A stretch of DNA of 64,000 nt. It comes from Dehalococcoidia bacterium (GTDB lineage Bacteria; Chloroflexota; Dehalococcoidia; Lucifugimonadales; QGNO01). Both the position numbers and the translations under genes were made by a program. The notes under the pieces were generated by a model. It was not told the origin of the DNA. It saw nothing but the letters and a program-made list of their open reading frames with translations, and did not search any database. The DNA lies in the NCBI GenBank assembly GCA_965220545.1, contig CBDCQF010000009.1:148660-212659 (forward strand). Reading direction: 5' to 3'. This document shows, one piece after another, positions 26,547 to 36,488 of this stretch; positions within the stretch are counted from its first letter, which is position 1; each line of letters begins with the position of its first letter.

Positions 26547-28232
26547 ATGGCGACAAAAGCCGGGGTTGACATCAAGCACAAGAGCAAGGAGATAACGGAG
26601 GGGCCGCAACGCGCACCAGCCCGTGCCTACTTCAGGGCCATGGGACTTGGGGACGACGATATCAGAGCTCCCTTCATTGGCGTGGCGGACCTAGCCAGCG
26701 ACGTGACGCCGTGCAATTTCCACCTGGATAGACTGGCAAAGCAGGTGAAGCAGGGCATACGCGACGCCAGGGGCACACCGTTTGAGTTCGGCACTATTAC
26801 GGTCAGCGACGGCATATCCATGGGCACGGAAGGCATGAAAGCGTCGCTTGTCAGCCGTGAAGTTATCGCCGACTCCATCGAGCTTGTGTCCAGAGCGGAG
26901 TGGTTCGACGGCCTGGTCACCGTTGCCGGCTGCGACAAGAATTTGCCCGGTTGCCTCATGGCCATAGCCAGACTGAACATACCCTCGGTGTTCGTCTACG
27001 GCGGCACCATAATGCCCGGTCGCTTCCGCGACCGCGACGTAAACATCCAAGACGTATTCGAGGCGGTGGGAGCGCACTCTCGAGGCGCAATGAGCGACGA
27101 AGACCTGCTGGAGCTGGAACGCAGCGCCTGTCCCGGCGAGGGGTCTTGCGCCGGTCTCTTCACGGCCAACACCATGTCCACCGCCATAGAAGCGCTGGGC
27201 ATGTCCCTGCCGGGCGACGCCTCTATTCCGGCCGTGGATCCGGACAAGGGAGAAGAATGCCGCCGTTCCGGGCAGGCCGTATTGAACCTGCTAAGGGAAG
27301 GGATCAGGCCGCGCGATATCATGACCAGGGAAGCGTTCGAAAACAGTATAGCTGTGACCCTGTCCATGGGCGGCTCCACCAATCTGGTGTTGCATCTGCT
27401 GGCTATAGCCCATGAAGCGGGCATCGACCTTACGATAGAGGACTTCAACAAGATCAGCGACAGGACGCCCTACATCGCCGACATGAAACCCGGCGGCAAG
27501 TACGTAATGGCCGACTTGCACAGAATAGGCGGCGTGTCGCAGGTGATGAAGAGGCTTCTGGACGCGGGGCTGCTTCACGGAGACGTTCTCACCGTTACCG
27601 GCAAAACAGTGGCGGAGAACTTAAGCAACGTAGAGCTGGTATCCAACCAAGACATCATCTATCCCGTGGAATCGCCGCGGGGTACCAGCGGCGGCATCAT
27701 CATCGTCAAGGGGAATCTGGCGCCGGAAGGCGGGGTGGTCAAGGTCGCTGGCAAGCAGCACTTACAGCAACGCGGCCCTGCCCGTGTATTCGACCGAGAA
27801 CAGGACGCCTTTGCAGCCATCCAGCGCCGGGAGATAAAGGCGGGAGACGTGGTGGTTGTCCGCTTCGAAGGACCGAAGGGCGGCCCCGGCATGAGAGAGA
27901 TGCTGGCAGTGACCGCCGCCATTGTGGGCCAGGGATTGGGAGAAGACGTAGCGCTCCTCACCGACGGCAGGTTCTCCGGAGCCACCCACGGCCTCATGGT
28001 GGGTCATGTGGCGCCTGAAGCCGCCGTTGGCGGGCCAATTGCTCTGGTGAAGGACGGCGACATCGTCAACGTGGATGCCGTGAACCGCAAGCTGGAACTG
28101 GAGGTGGATGAAGAGGAGCTTGCGGCAAGACGCACCGCCTGGCAGCCGATACCCGCCAACTACACCACCGGCGCCCTGGCAAAATACGCCAAGCTGGTCG
28201 GCTCTGCGTCTCAGGGCGCAGTCACGGGGTAG
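26547..28232 (+). CDS. ilvD: Dihydroxy-acid dehydratase
   Basis: 561 aa. Contains ApARA..RAMG..D, CDKN.PG, CPG.GSC.G.FTANTM and TDGRFSG.T.G..VGHV.PEA motifs. Confidence 0.95.
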   Translation: MATKAGVDIKHKSKEITEGPQRAPARAYFRAMGLGDDDIRAPFIGVADLASDVTPCNFHLDRLAKQVKQGIRDARGTPFEFGTITVSDGISMGTEGMKASLVSREVIADSIELVSRAEWFDGLVTVAGCDKNLPGCLMAIARLNIPSVFVYGGTIMPGRFRDRDVNIQDVFEAVGAHSRGAMSDEDLLELERSACPGEGSCAGLFTANTMSTAIEALGMSLPGDASIPAVDPDKGEECRRSGQAVLNLLREGIRPRDIMTREAFENSIAVTLSMGGSTNLVLHLLAIAHEAGIDLTIEDFNKISDRTPYIADMKPGGKYVMADLHRIGGVSQVMKRLLDAGLLHGDVLTVTGKTVAENLSNVELVSNQDIIYPVESPRGTSGGIIIVKGNLAPEGGVVKVAGKQHLQQRGPARVFDREQDAFAAIQRREIKAGDVVVVRFEGPKGGPGMREMLAVTAAIVGQGLGEDVALLTDGRFSGATHGLMVGHVAPEAAVGGPIALVKDGDIVNVDAVNRKLELEVDEEELAARRTAWQPIPANYTTGALAKYAKLVGSASQGAVTG

Positions 28233-28374
28233 TGTTGCTCAAACGGCTGGATTGCATAGGGGGAAGGTTAGAGCCATCACCCCCATCTCAATCTTCCCCC
28301 ATCAAGGGGAAAGAGGTTTTTGCAAAGCTCTCCAAGCGCATCTGCTTGGCAGACGTGATAGGGTTAGACAGCTA

Positions 28375-29385
28375 ATGGATATCGCCTTAATCTGGCTTCA
28401 ATTCGCTGTTGTTACAGCCCTAATTTTTGTCACCTCAAAGTACCTTGCCAGGTCGGTAGATGTCATCGCCTTCAAGACAGGACTGGGAAGGGCCTTCCTG
28501 GGAGTCGTGCTCCTTGCATCCGCCACGTCGCTCCCGGAGCTTGGCACCGGGATCAGCTCAATTTCCATAGTGGGGGACCCTGACTTAGCCGCCGGCGATG
28601 CTTTTGGAAGCAACCTGTTCAACCTCCTGATCATTGGGCTCATGGACCTGTGGTGGAGAAACGGGCCAGTTCTAAACGCGTTTGGAACTGCAGCGGTGAT
28701 GGTGGCAACCCTGGGGATACTGGTGATAGGCGCAGCCACCATTGCCATAACGTTCCACAGCGCGAGCGGCCTTTTTGCTACCTGGTTTATAAGCCCGTTT
28801 TCCGTATTGATGATGGCGACCTTCTTAATAGGCCTGTACTTGATCTATAAATTCGAACAAGAAGAACGCACCGAACGTAAAGAGGAAGATACGGATTACT
28901 CCAATGCCAAACTGCCCGTAGAAATAGGCGTCTACCTTGTGTCCGCCGCCGTAGTGATAGCCGCGGCGGTGTTGCTTGCCTTCACCGGTGAGAGGATTGC
29001 TGAAGAGATGGGCTGGGAAACCAGCTTCGTAGGCACACAGTTCCTTGCCCTGAGCACATCTCTTCCCGAGATAGGAGCCTCTTTCGCCGCACTGCGAATT
29101 CGCGCGCCGGAACTGGCGGTATCCAACGTTCTGGGCAGCAACTTGTTCAACATGGGATTCGTCCTCTGGGCAGACGACCTGGCGTATTCAGGCGGTACGT
29201 TCTGGACGGCGATTTCAGAGGTCCACAGCATGACCGCCGTTCTTGCAATAGTCATGACCGCCGTGGTCATTGTAGCGCTGGTGAAGAGGAACAGAAGCAG
29301 ACCCAGCCGGTTCTGGACTTACGAGGCGGTTACAATCATTGCTCTCTACGCGCTTGCCAGTGTGCTGATTTTCTACCTCAGTTGA
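28375..29385 (+). CDS. Sodium/calcium exchanger (CaCA / YrbG-like) membrane protein
   Basis: Two alpha-repeats are present: SLPELGT...GDA.GSNLFN and STSLPE...SNVLGSNLFN. The track ORF starts at 28108 inside ilvD. I prefer the in-frame ATG 28375 (MDIALIWLQF...). Confidence 0.75.
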   Translation: MDIALIWLQFAVVTALIFVTSKYLARSVDVIAFKTGLGRAFLGVVLLASATSLPELGTGISSISIVGDPDLAAGDAFGSNLFNLLIIGLMDLWWRNGPVLNAFGTAAVMVATLGILVIGAATIAITFHSASGLFATWFISPFSVLMMATFLIGLYLIYKFEQEERTERKEEDTDYSNAKLPVEIGVYLVSAAVVIAAAVLLAFTGERIAEEMGWETSFVGTQFLALSTSLPEIGASFAALRIRAPELAVSNVLGSNLFNMGFVLWADDLAYSGGTFWTAISEVHSMTAVLAIVMTAVVIVALVKRNRSRPSRFWTYEAVTIIALYALASVLIFYLS

Positions 29386-29413
29386 CCCGGTTTCTTGCCC
29401 CGGAACCGCGCGG

Positions 29414-30016
29414 TCAAGCTAGTCTTTGAACGGCTTTTCTGTAGTCCTCAATGGTGTTTAAGTCCAAAATCGCTTCAGGATCATCTACGGCAACTCGACT
29501 CACCTCAGCGCTATGTCGCTCTATCACCTCTCGCAATCCCTTCCTAGCCTCGCTGATGCTCATCAATTCCGGCAATAGACTGTGTGAAAAGAGCACGGGA
29601 TGTCCTCCCCTACCCTGATATACGGGATACGTAATCGCTGAGCCGTGCCGCAGATGGGCCTCCGATACCTCGCTCAGCAGTTTGGGAGACCTGGGCTGGT
29701 CTACGGAGATAATCATTACGTGCTCCGCCTCAGAGTTAAGCATACTCAATCCGGCGCGTACGGAACTGCTCTTCCCCGTCTTATACCTCAGGTTGACAAC
29801 TACTTCAGCTCCAGGCTCGCTTTCGAGAAGAGGTCGTATCGATTCCGCCCTGTGACCCAGTACTGCGATAACCTGGCCAACCCCGGAAGCTATCAGGGAC
29901 CTGACCTGGTATTGAATAAGCGGAACTCCTTGCCAGTCCAGCAAGGCTTTGGGAGAACCCATGCGAGTCGACTCCCCCGCAGCGAGGAGGACGGCGCTAA
30001 TGGGGGTGCTTGCCAC
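29414..30016 (-). CDS. MobA/MocA-like nucleotidyltransferase (molybdenum cofactor cytidylyl/guanylyl-transferase family)
   Basis: 200 aa. N-terminal AVLLAAGESTRMG.PKALL motif. Adjacent to and co-oriented with xdhC. Confidence 0.7.
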   Translation of the reverse strand: MASTPISAVLLAAGESTRMGSPKALLDWQGVPLIQYQVRSLIASGVGQVIAVLGHRAESIRPLLESEPGAEVVVNLRYKTGKSSSVRAGLSMLNSEAEHVMIISVDQPRSPKLLSEVSEAHLRHGSAITYPVYQGRGGHPVLFSHSLLPELMSISEARKGLREVIERHSAEVSRVAVDDPEAILDLNTIEDYRKAVQRLA

Positions 30017-30020
30017 GGAT

Positions 30021-31157
30021 TCAATCAGCGGGCGAAAGGGACTTGGCTGCGTGCACCTTCTCCGCTAGATTTCGCAGATACTTCTTGGGCAGCATCATGG
30101 CTTGGCCGCTGCCGCCGAGACGCCACTGCACCACTTCCGCCATTATGCTAATTGCGATTTCAGCCGGTGTCCTGGCCTTGATGTCAATTCCTATGGGGGC
30201 GTGGATATTCTCTATCCTCTCCAATGGGACACCGCGCTTGAGAAGCTCCTCATAGATCAGAATGATCTTTCGCTTCGAGCCGACAAGTCCAACGTATCCG
30301 GCGGGACTTCTAGCGGCGGATTCCAGCGCCAGATCATCGAAATTGTGGCCGCGGGTCGCGATTACAATGGCAGTGTTCTTAGTGACGGGGAAGTTTTCCA
30401 GACCGTGCGCATAACCGGCTACGGCTACAGCCTCAGCATCCGGAAACCGTTCCATGTTGGCGAATTCACGCCTGTCGTCCAGGACGAATAACCGCAGGCC
30501 CAGCATCTTGGCCAGAGGCGCTACGGACTTGGAAATGTGTCCACCGCCCATGAGTATGAGTGTGGCCGGCGACGTGTAAGCTTCGATAAACAACTGGTCT
30601 CCGGACTCTGTGGTCATGTGCGCACACTTACCATGGTCGATCAGTTCCCGCGCTTTGGCCACCGCCAAGCTATCGAGCTCCGGACGGCCCACGGTACCCT
30701 GCGCGGCGCCGCCTTCCAGCATGACCAGTTTACTTCCAACCTCTTCCTCTTCCGGTGATTTGATGAGAGTGGCCACAGCCAGAGGGCTGCCTCCGCCGTA
30801 GGCATCGACAATGCGTCCGGCAAGCTGGGCAAAACGAGCCGCTTCACGCACGGGCTCAATGAAGAAGTACATGGTCCCGCCGCAGACCAGACCGTCTCTA
30901 GCGGCGATCTCTTCGTTCAGGTAGTAGTCGCGGTATTCCGGCCCGCTGCCATTCCTCAGGATCTCCTTGGCGGCAAACCAGATATCCCCTTCCACGCAAC
31001 CCCCGCCAAGGGTCCCTACCGCGGAACCGTCCTGGCGCACCAACAGCTTGGAGCCAGGCTTTTGAGGAGTAGAACCCTTGGTGTGGACCACGGTAGCAAT
31101 GGCAAAGGGCTCTTCCCTATGGGATAACTCAATAGCTTCTTTGAATACGGATTCCAT
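30021..31157 (-). CDS. XdhC/CoxI-family molybdoenzyme maturation protein
   Basis: XdhC_CoxI N-domain (FAIATVVHTKGSTPQKPGSKLLV) plus a Rossmann-like XdhC_C domain (LILMGGGHIS). The track start 31250 adds 31 unlikely residues. I prefer ATG 31157 (MESVFKEAIE...). Confidence 0.75.
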   Translation of the reverse strand: MESVFKEAIELSHREEPFAIATVVHTKGSTPQKPGSKLLVRQDGSAVGTLGGGCVEGDIWFAAKEILRNGSGPEYRDYYLNEEIAARDGLVCGGTMYFFIEPVREAARFAQLAGRIVDAYGGGSPLAVATLIKSPEEEEVGSKLVMLEGGAAQGTVGRPELDSLAVAKARELIDHGKCAHMTTESGDQLFIEAYTSPATLILMGGGHISKSVAPLAKMLGLRLFVLDDRREFANMERFPDAEAVAVAGYAHGLENFPVTKNTAIVIATRGHNFDDLALESAARSPAGYVGLVGSKRKIILIYEELLKRGVPLERIENIHAPIGIDIKARTPAEIAISIMAEVVQWRLGGSGQAMMLPKKYLRNLAEKVHAAKSLSPAD

Positions 31158-31348
31158 CAGCGGCTCTTCGCAGAATAGATTCAAACTAAGCATAACAGGG
31201 CAACATTTGTTAAGCAATCGACATGTTCTGATAGAATGGCGCAACTGCAACCGAATTTCCTAAGTTAGGCAGTATCTAAATCCAAGGGCGCACTGTCTAC
31301 GTATAGCATTATAGACAGGCCATCGCCCTATGAGTCTGGGAACCGGCC

Positions 31349-31924
31349 GTGTCCTACGAACATCTAGAAGATGAGCAACTGGTTAGCTTAATTGTCCAGC
31401 AAGACCAGAGAGGACTTGGTGCTCTCTACGACAGGTATGGCAAAGCGGTGTTTGGCTTTGTCTATAATCTCTTACGCGACGCAGGGCAGGCAGAGGAGGT
31501 AGTGCAAGAGGTATTTCTAAGGGTCTGGTTCAGAGCGGCTACCTACCGGGCTGAACGGGGAAGGTTCCAAACTTGGATTATGTCCATGGCCCACCACAGG
31601 GCGATAGACGAGCTGCGCAAACGCAGGCGGATGCAGAATATCCTGGAAACGGAAGCCAGGCTTACTTTGATGGACAGCAGGGCCCAAGAAGATACGGCAG
31701 CCAAGGAGGCGGAGCAAAGAGAAGAGAGTGAGATCGTGCGCAAGGCTTTGGACTCCTTGCCGGAAGAACAACGCCAAGTAATCCAGATGTCTTACTACGA
31801 GGGTTACAGCCAGACTGAGATAGCGGAGTTGCTGCAACATCCGCTAGGTACAGTCAAGACAAGAATGAGATTGGGAATGCAAAAGTTGAAGACAGCTTTA
31901 GCATCGCTTCAGGAGATAACGTGA
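31349..31924 (+). CDS. ECF-type RNA polymerase sigma-70 family factor
   Basis: 191 aa. Region 2 (VQEVFLRVW......FQTW....A.H.AIDELRKRRR) and region 4 (LPEEQRQVIQMSYYEGYSQTEIAELL..PLGTVKTR). GTG start. Confidence 0.85.
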   Translation: MSYEHLEDEQLVSLIVQQDQRGLGALYDRYGKAVFGFVYNLLRDAGQAEEVVQEVFLRVWFRAATYRAERGRFQTWIMSMAHHRAIDELRKRRRMQNILETEARLTLMDSRAQEDTAAKEAEQREESEIVRKALDSLPEEQRQVIQMSYYEGYSQTEIAELLQHPLGTVKTRMRLGMQKLKTALASLQEIT

Positions 31925-32742
31925 TCCATAACCATATAGAAGACCTGGCAGAAGCCTATGCCCTGGGAGCCCTGGAGTCGGAAGAACGCCAGATGGTGGA
32001 GGCGCACCTGGAAGCATGCTCTCAGTGTACTTCCTTGCTCAGGGAACACCTGGAAGTCGCCGCCGCTCTGGCGCTGGCCGTTCCGCCTATGGACCCTCCC
32101 CATCATCTACGCGGGCGGATAATGGACCAACTTGTCCCTGAGCAGCGCGTCACCGCCGAGCCAAAACCCGCGGCCGCAGGCAAGTACGGTTGGAGCAGGG
32201 CGCGGTGGATTATCCCTGTAGCCGCCTCTATGGCCGCCAGTGTGTTGATAGTCTTTCTTGGCGGGCTTGGTGTCCTGGTGTTCTCTCAGCAAAGCCAGGT
32301 GTATGACCTCCAGAGCCAGCTTGGAGACATGGAGATGTTGATAGATGAAGAGCGGAGCACCAGCCAGGAACTCAGGGATAGGCTTAACGAGCAACGTCTA
32401 GCTACTTGGATTGCAGCGCTGCCCGGCTTGGAAACCAAATCCATGGATAACACGGAGGAGGCACCGTCAGCCTCGGGAATGCTGCTTGCCGACCCAGGCA
32501 AGGCCTGGGCGTTCATTGTGGCACAAGGTCTGGACACGAGCCTGGGAAATGATCCTTACCACGTCTGGCTGGTCAACAACGGGACGCTGGTAAACGTGGG
32601 AAGGTTCAGCGTAGACGAATCCGGCTATGGCCAGCTGTTCATCAGGCAGTCATTCCGCGATTTCAACTGGCTGGGCGTAACTCGCGAGCCCTTGCCTGGG
32701 ACAGTGGAGTCACCGGCGGTGCTGGGCGTAAGCTTGGAATAG
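31921..32742 (+). CDS. Anti-sigma factor (zf-HC2 N-terminus, one TM, RskA-like extracytoplasmic domain)
   Basis: 273 aa. Overlaps the sigma gene by 4 nt. Contains AYALGAL..EE...VEAHLEACSQC (Hx3Cx2C), a TM helix around residue 100, and a C-terminal WL....G.....G.F motif typical of RskA. Confidence 0.7.
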   Translation: MIHNHIEDLAEAYALGALESEERQMVEAHLEACSQCTSLLREHLEVAAALALAVPPMDPPHHLRGRIMDQLVPEQRVTAEPKPAAAGKYGWSRARWIIPVAASMAASVLIVFLGGLGVLVFSQQSQVYDLQSQLGDMEMLIDEERSTSQELRDRLNEQRLATWIAALPGLETKSMDNTEEAPSASGMLLADPGKAWAFIVAQGLDTSLGNDPYHVWLVNNGTLVNVGRFSVDESGYGQLFIRQSFRDFNWLGVTREPLPGTVESPAVLGVSLE

Positions 32743-32812
32743 TTCATGCACGCATGACAATGTGGTAGCAGAGCCTTTGTGACAGTGGAGCAACCTTGAA
32801 GCAGCCGGCCGC

Positions 32813-33598
32813 CTAGACCTTCCTGTTCTTGGTTGTATACACGGGTAGTCCATCCACCATTTCCCAGGAGTAGTCGCTGAACATGTTGGGCCATTTTGCA
32901 ATGGCTATTTCAGCAATCTGGGCAAAGACCAGTCTTATCTCCTCTTCGGCCCAGGGCGCAGTCCTCTGCTCGATGACGTGCCGCAAGGTACGTATGTTGC
33001 AGGACCAGCCAATGTTGGTTGCCAGGCCAATGGGGGCAACGCGCCGCATTGCCGAAGTAATCTCTTTCTTCTCGTCAAACGAGTCCTTTTCATTGAGCTC
33101 GAAGAGCTCGGCAAGCTCAACCTGAAGCTTGCTGAGCTCTTCAAATGTCCTGGCGAAAATGGTCATGGCCTCTTCCGATTCTCTAATGGACACCGGCGCA
33201 TACCAGTCCAAGTCGGTCAATCGCACAAAACGTAAGGACTCCTGCGACATAGCGGTGCCCACTCTGTGCCGCACCAGTTCATGCGTAAAGACCCGGCTGA
33301 CGTCTGAGAAAAAGAAGTTGGCTACTCCGTGCTCCAACACGGAGCCGTCGCCCTTCTCAATGATATTGGTCAGATAGCTCTTGTTGGTCCTTCTGACCCG
33401 GGTCAAGTTAGGATTCAGCTCTATGCCAAATGAACGGTAACAGGCGCGGCCGTATACCTCGCTTATAAGCTCAATATCGGAAGGAGCATCCGATGTCCAA
33501 TCGGGAACGCCCAAGTGGTCCAAAAGGGCTTGCAGCCCCTCCCGATTGACCATGGTCTCGCCTATCAGGAACACTTTAGGCTCAACGGTATTGCCCAT
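32813..33598 (-). CDS. thyX: FAD-dependent thymidylate synthase (ThyX family)
   Basis: 261 aa. Contains GRACYRSF, GSVLEH and ELVRHRVGTAMSQESLRF. This is a ThyX RHR...S.R motif with one extra residue relative to the usual spacing. Confidence 0.8.
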   Translation of the reverse strand: MGNTVEPKVFLIGETMVNREGLQALLDHLGVPDWTSDAPSDIELISEVYGRACYRSFGIELNPNLTRVRRTNKSYLTNIIEKGDGSVLEHGVANFFFSDVSRVFTHELVRHRVGTAMSQESLRFVRLTDLDWYAPVSIRESEEAMTIFARTFEELSKLQVELAELFELNEKDSFDEKKEITSAMRRVAPIGLATNIGWSCNIRTLRHVIEQRTAPWAEEEIRLVFAQIAEIAIAKWPNMFSDYSWEMVDGLPVYTTKNRKV

Positions 33599-33719
33599 TC
33601 AGATATACCTCCAGTGTGTATACACTAACTTTGGAAATGGTACCTTAATCTTGGACGATACCCCAACTCTGAGAATGTCCTCTTAATGAGGACGTTTTGG
33701 AATCCATCAAGGTAGCGAC

Positions 33720-34208
33720 TTGGAGGAACACATGGTTAGCTGCACCAGTATGACTTCAGCAAACAGGCAGAGCGCCTTTGCTCTTTTGAGGGCCTTTCTC
33801 AACGAAGACGAACATTACCTGGACAGCAGCGCAGCTTACGGTCACGGCGGGGACGCAGCGCTCCACGACGCCCTTGACCTTTTTCTGACTCGACCTGAGT
33901 TGGGGTTCGTATGGCTGGCCTACAAGGGGGAAGAGGCCATAGGGGTCTGCGTTGTCAGCTACGCTGTATCCACTTCCATAGGAGGATTGGTGGCAAAGCT
34001 GGACGACGTGTTCATAGCGAGTGAGAAGCGGAGCGCCGGGGCCGGATCGGAAATGATTAGGCAGCTCAAAGATGAGCTCCGTTCACACGGCATACTACGC
34101 ATAGATCTAGGTGTACACGTCAAGAACAGCGGGGGACGGCGCTTCTATGAGAGGCTGGGCTTTATGCCGCTCAACGAGGAGCGAATGGCGGCCCTGCTTA
34201 CAAGCTAG
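33720..34208 (+). CDS. GNAT-family N-acetyltransferase
   Basis: 162 aa. Contains an acetyl-CoA binding-type segment (KRSAGAGSEMIRQL) and a C-terminal RRFYERLGF. The start codon is uncertain (several in-frame ATG within the first 12 codons). Confidence 0.65.
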   Translation: MEEHMVSCTSMTSANRQSAFALLRAFLNEDEHYLDSSAAYGHGGDAALHDALDLFLTRPELGFVWLAYKGEEAIGVCVVSYAVSTSIGGLVAKLDDVFIASEKRSAGAGSEMIRQLKDELRSHGILRIDLGVHVKNSGGRRFYERLGFMPLNEERMAALLTS

Positions 34209-35434
34209 GTTATCAGCAGAAGCGCCGGGTTCTCCAGGAGTCGCTTCGTCTCAGCAAGGAACTTCGCACTCTCCACGCCGTCCGAAACGCGGTGGTCAAT
34301 GGACAGCGTGACATTCATCATCTGCCGCACTACCACCTGATCGCCGACACCCACTACGGGCCGCTTCTTCACGGCGCTGATCGCCAGAGTCGCAGCCTGG
34401 GGAGGCAGTATGATGGCGCTGAATTCGTCAACGCCAAACATGCCCAAGTTGCTAGTGCTGAAAGTGCCGGTGTACTCTTCCTGGCGCAACCTGCCCTGCC
34501 CTGCGCGCTCCGCCAGATCCTTGGTTGCCTCGGCAAGATCCGTAAGGGACTTGTCCTGCGCGTTGACTATGGCAGGAACCATCAACCCCTGTTCCGTAGC
34601 AATGGCCATACCCAAGTGAATGTAGGGATACGTCTCCAGGTAGTCGCCTCTGTAAGACGCATTCAAACCGGAGTGTTTCTTCAATGACTCAACAGTGGCC
34701 TTCAAGACCATATCGTTGACTGAAACACGCCGCGCACCCTCAAATTGCTGGTTGATCTGGGAACGCAGGGCCATGGCGTCCGTCATATCTATCTCAATGG
34801 TTATATAGAAGTGGGGCGTGCCGTTCTTACTCTGCGATGTGGCCCGGGCTATGCCCTGCCTCATGCGGCTAAGCTCTACTCGAACCGGCTCTCCAGCCGG
34901 CGTAGGAGCAGCAGGTGCGGCTTGCGGGGGGCTGGCAGCTGCTTGGCCCGGCTCAAAGTTCAACACGTCTTCGCGGGTGATGCGCCCTCCGGGGCCCGTA
35001 CCTTTAACCTGGGATAGCTCTATGCCGCGTTCCTCCGCCAACTTCCTAGCGACAGGCGACACTTTGACGCGCTCGCCATCAGCGGCGGGTTGTGTTTGGG
35101 CTGCGGGAGCTGGCGCGGCAGGTTCAGCGGCAGCCTCTTCAGAGGGGGCATCGGCGGGGGCCGGAGCCGGAGCCGGTGTCTGGTCTCCGATGAGTCCGGC
35201 AATGTCTTCATCTGCACTGCCGATGATGCCTATGGGATGGCCAACGGGAACGGTTGCGCCTTCAGAGGCCAGAATCTTGCGTAGAAGGCCGTTAGCCGTG
35301 GACTCCATTTCCACCACTGCTTTGTCGGTCTCTATCTCAGCGACAGGTTCGCCGCGCTTGACTTCGTCACCCTCCGACTTGATCCAGCGGACTAGGGTAC
35401 CTTCCACCATGTCGTAACCCATTTGGGGCATCAA
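34205..35434 (-). CDS. pdhC: Dihydrolipoamide acyltransferase (E2) of the pyruvate/2-oxoacid dehydrogenase complex
   Basis: 409 aa. Lipoyl domain (EIETDKAVVEMES), Ala/Pro linker, peripheral-subunit binding domain (SPVARKLA.E.GI.L....GTGPGGRI) and catalytic domain (DHRV.DG). The start may be a few codons upstream: GGAGG-6nt-CTG gives LATQVLMPQMG. Confidence 0.9.
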   Translation of the reverse strand: MMPQMGYDMVEGTLVRWIKSEGDEVKRGEPVAEIETDKAVVEMESTANGLLRKILASEGATVPVGHPIGIIGSADEDIAGLIGDQTPAPAPAPADAPSEEAAAEPAAPAPAAQTQPAADGERVKVSPVARKLAEERGIELSQVKGTGPGGRITREDVLNFEPGQAAASPPQAAPAAPTPAGEPVRVELSRMRQGIARATSQSKNGTPHFYITIEIDMTDAMALRSQINQQFEGARRVSVNDMVLKATVESLKKHSGLNASYRGDYLETYPYIHLGMAIATEQGLMVPAIVNAQDKSLTDLAEATKDLAERAGQGRLRQEEYTGTFSTSNLGMFGVDEFSAIILPPQAATLAISAVKKRPVVGVGDQVVVRQMMNVTLSIDHRVSDGVESAKFLAETKRLLENPALLLIT

Positions 35435-35499
35435 TACCTGCGTAGCCAGAGTAGACCTCCTCTTCGACCTAGATGACAGGTCGAAATTGCAATGCTGCT

Positions 35500-36480
35500 T
35501 TAGCTTCCCAGCTCTTCGCGAACCATCTTGATGACGGAATCTTCACGCGGCGCCACCAGTGGCTCCAGGCTCATTGAATACGGGGTAGGCACATCTATGC
35601 CGCCCAGCCTGGCAACGGGTCCGTCCAGGTAATCGAAGACTTCACGCTGGACGGCGCTGGCTATCTCCCCGCCGAAAGCGCCTGTTTGCCAGGCCTCTTC
35701 CAGCACCAAGGCCCGCCCCGTCCGCTTCACGGATTCAAGAACGGTCTCCTTATCCCAAGGACGCAAGCACCGAAGGTCCACCACCTCTACGTCAATGCCG
35801 TCTTCCGCCGCCAGTTTCTCGGCAGCGGACAACGCTACGTTTACCATTCTGGAGTACGCAATGATGGTGAAGTCCTTCCCCGCTCGCTTGATGTTGGCCT
35901 CTCCAACAGGGACCTCAAAGTAATCTTCAGGCACCTCTCCCCTTGTACTATACAAGAGTATGTGCTCTATGAACATCACGGGGTCTTGTTCCTTGCGTAC
36001 CGAACGGAACAAGCCCAGCGCATCGTGGGGGGTTGCGGGAATGACCACTTTCAGCCCTGGAACGGAAGCGTACCAGCCCTCCAGGTTCTGCGAGTGTGTG
36101 GCCGCAAGCGCCGCTCCGCCGCCGGTAACGGTGCGAATGATGACCGGCACGCTGAACTGGCCGCCGGACATGTAGCGGATCTTGGCGGCGTGGTTCACTA
36201 TCTGGTCCAAGGCCAGCAGCGAGAAGTTGATTGTCATGATCTCGACTATGGGACGAAGCCCGATCATAGCCGACCCGGTGCCGATGCCCACTATTCCCGA
36301 CTCAGATATGGGAGACTCTACGATCCTACCGGGACCGAACTCATCCAGGAACCCGGAGGTCACCGCGTAAGAACCACCGTAAGGGCCGATATCCTCGCCA
36401 ATAATAAAGGACCGCTCATCTTCCCGCAGGGTCTCCCTGAGAGCCCGCGCCATGGCTTCTCTGTAGCTTATCTCAGGCAT
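35500..36480 (-). CDS. pdhB: Pyruvate/2-oxoacid dehydrogenase E1 component beta subunit
   Basis: 326 aa. Contains YREA...A...E...D..VF..GEDIG.YGG...VT.GL...FG..R transketolase-like pyrimidine-binding motifs. Confidence 0.9.
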   Translation of the reverse strand: MPEISYREAMARALRETLREDERSFIIGEDIGPYGGSYAVTSGFLDEFGPGRIVESPISESGIVGIGTGSAMIGLRPIVEIMTINFSLLALDQIVNHAAKIRYMSGGQFSVPVIIRTVTGGGAALAATHSQNLEGWYASVPGLKVVIPATPHDALGLFRSVRKEQDPVMFIEHILLYSTRGEVPEDYFEVPVGEANIKRAGKDFTIIAYSRMVNVALSAAEKLAAEDGIDVEVVDLRCLRPWDKETVLESVKRTGRALVLEEAWQTGAFGGEIASAVQREVFDYLDGPVARLGGIDVPTPYSMSLEPLVAPREDSVIKMVREELGS

Positions 36481-36488
36481 TTATTCCT

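Noticed and set aside
28108-28374. N-terminal extension of the CaCA exchanger ORF overlapping the end of ilvD
   Set aside because: The extension ([21 protein letters not shown]...) is non-membrane, Pro/Arg-rich and overlaps ilvD by 125 nt. The family-like sequence starts at MDIALIW (28375).
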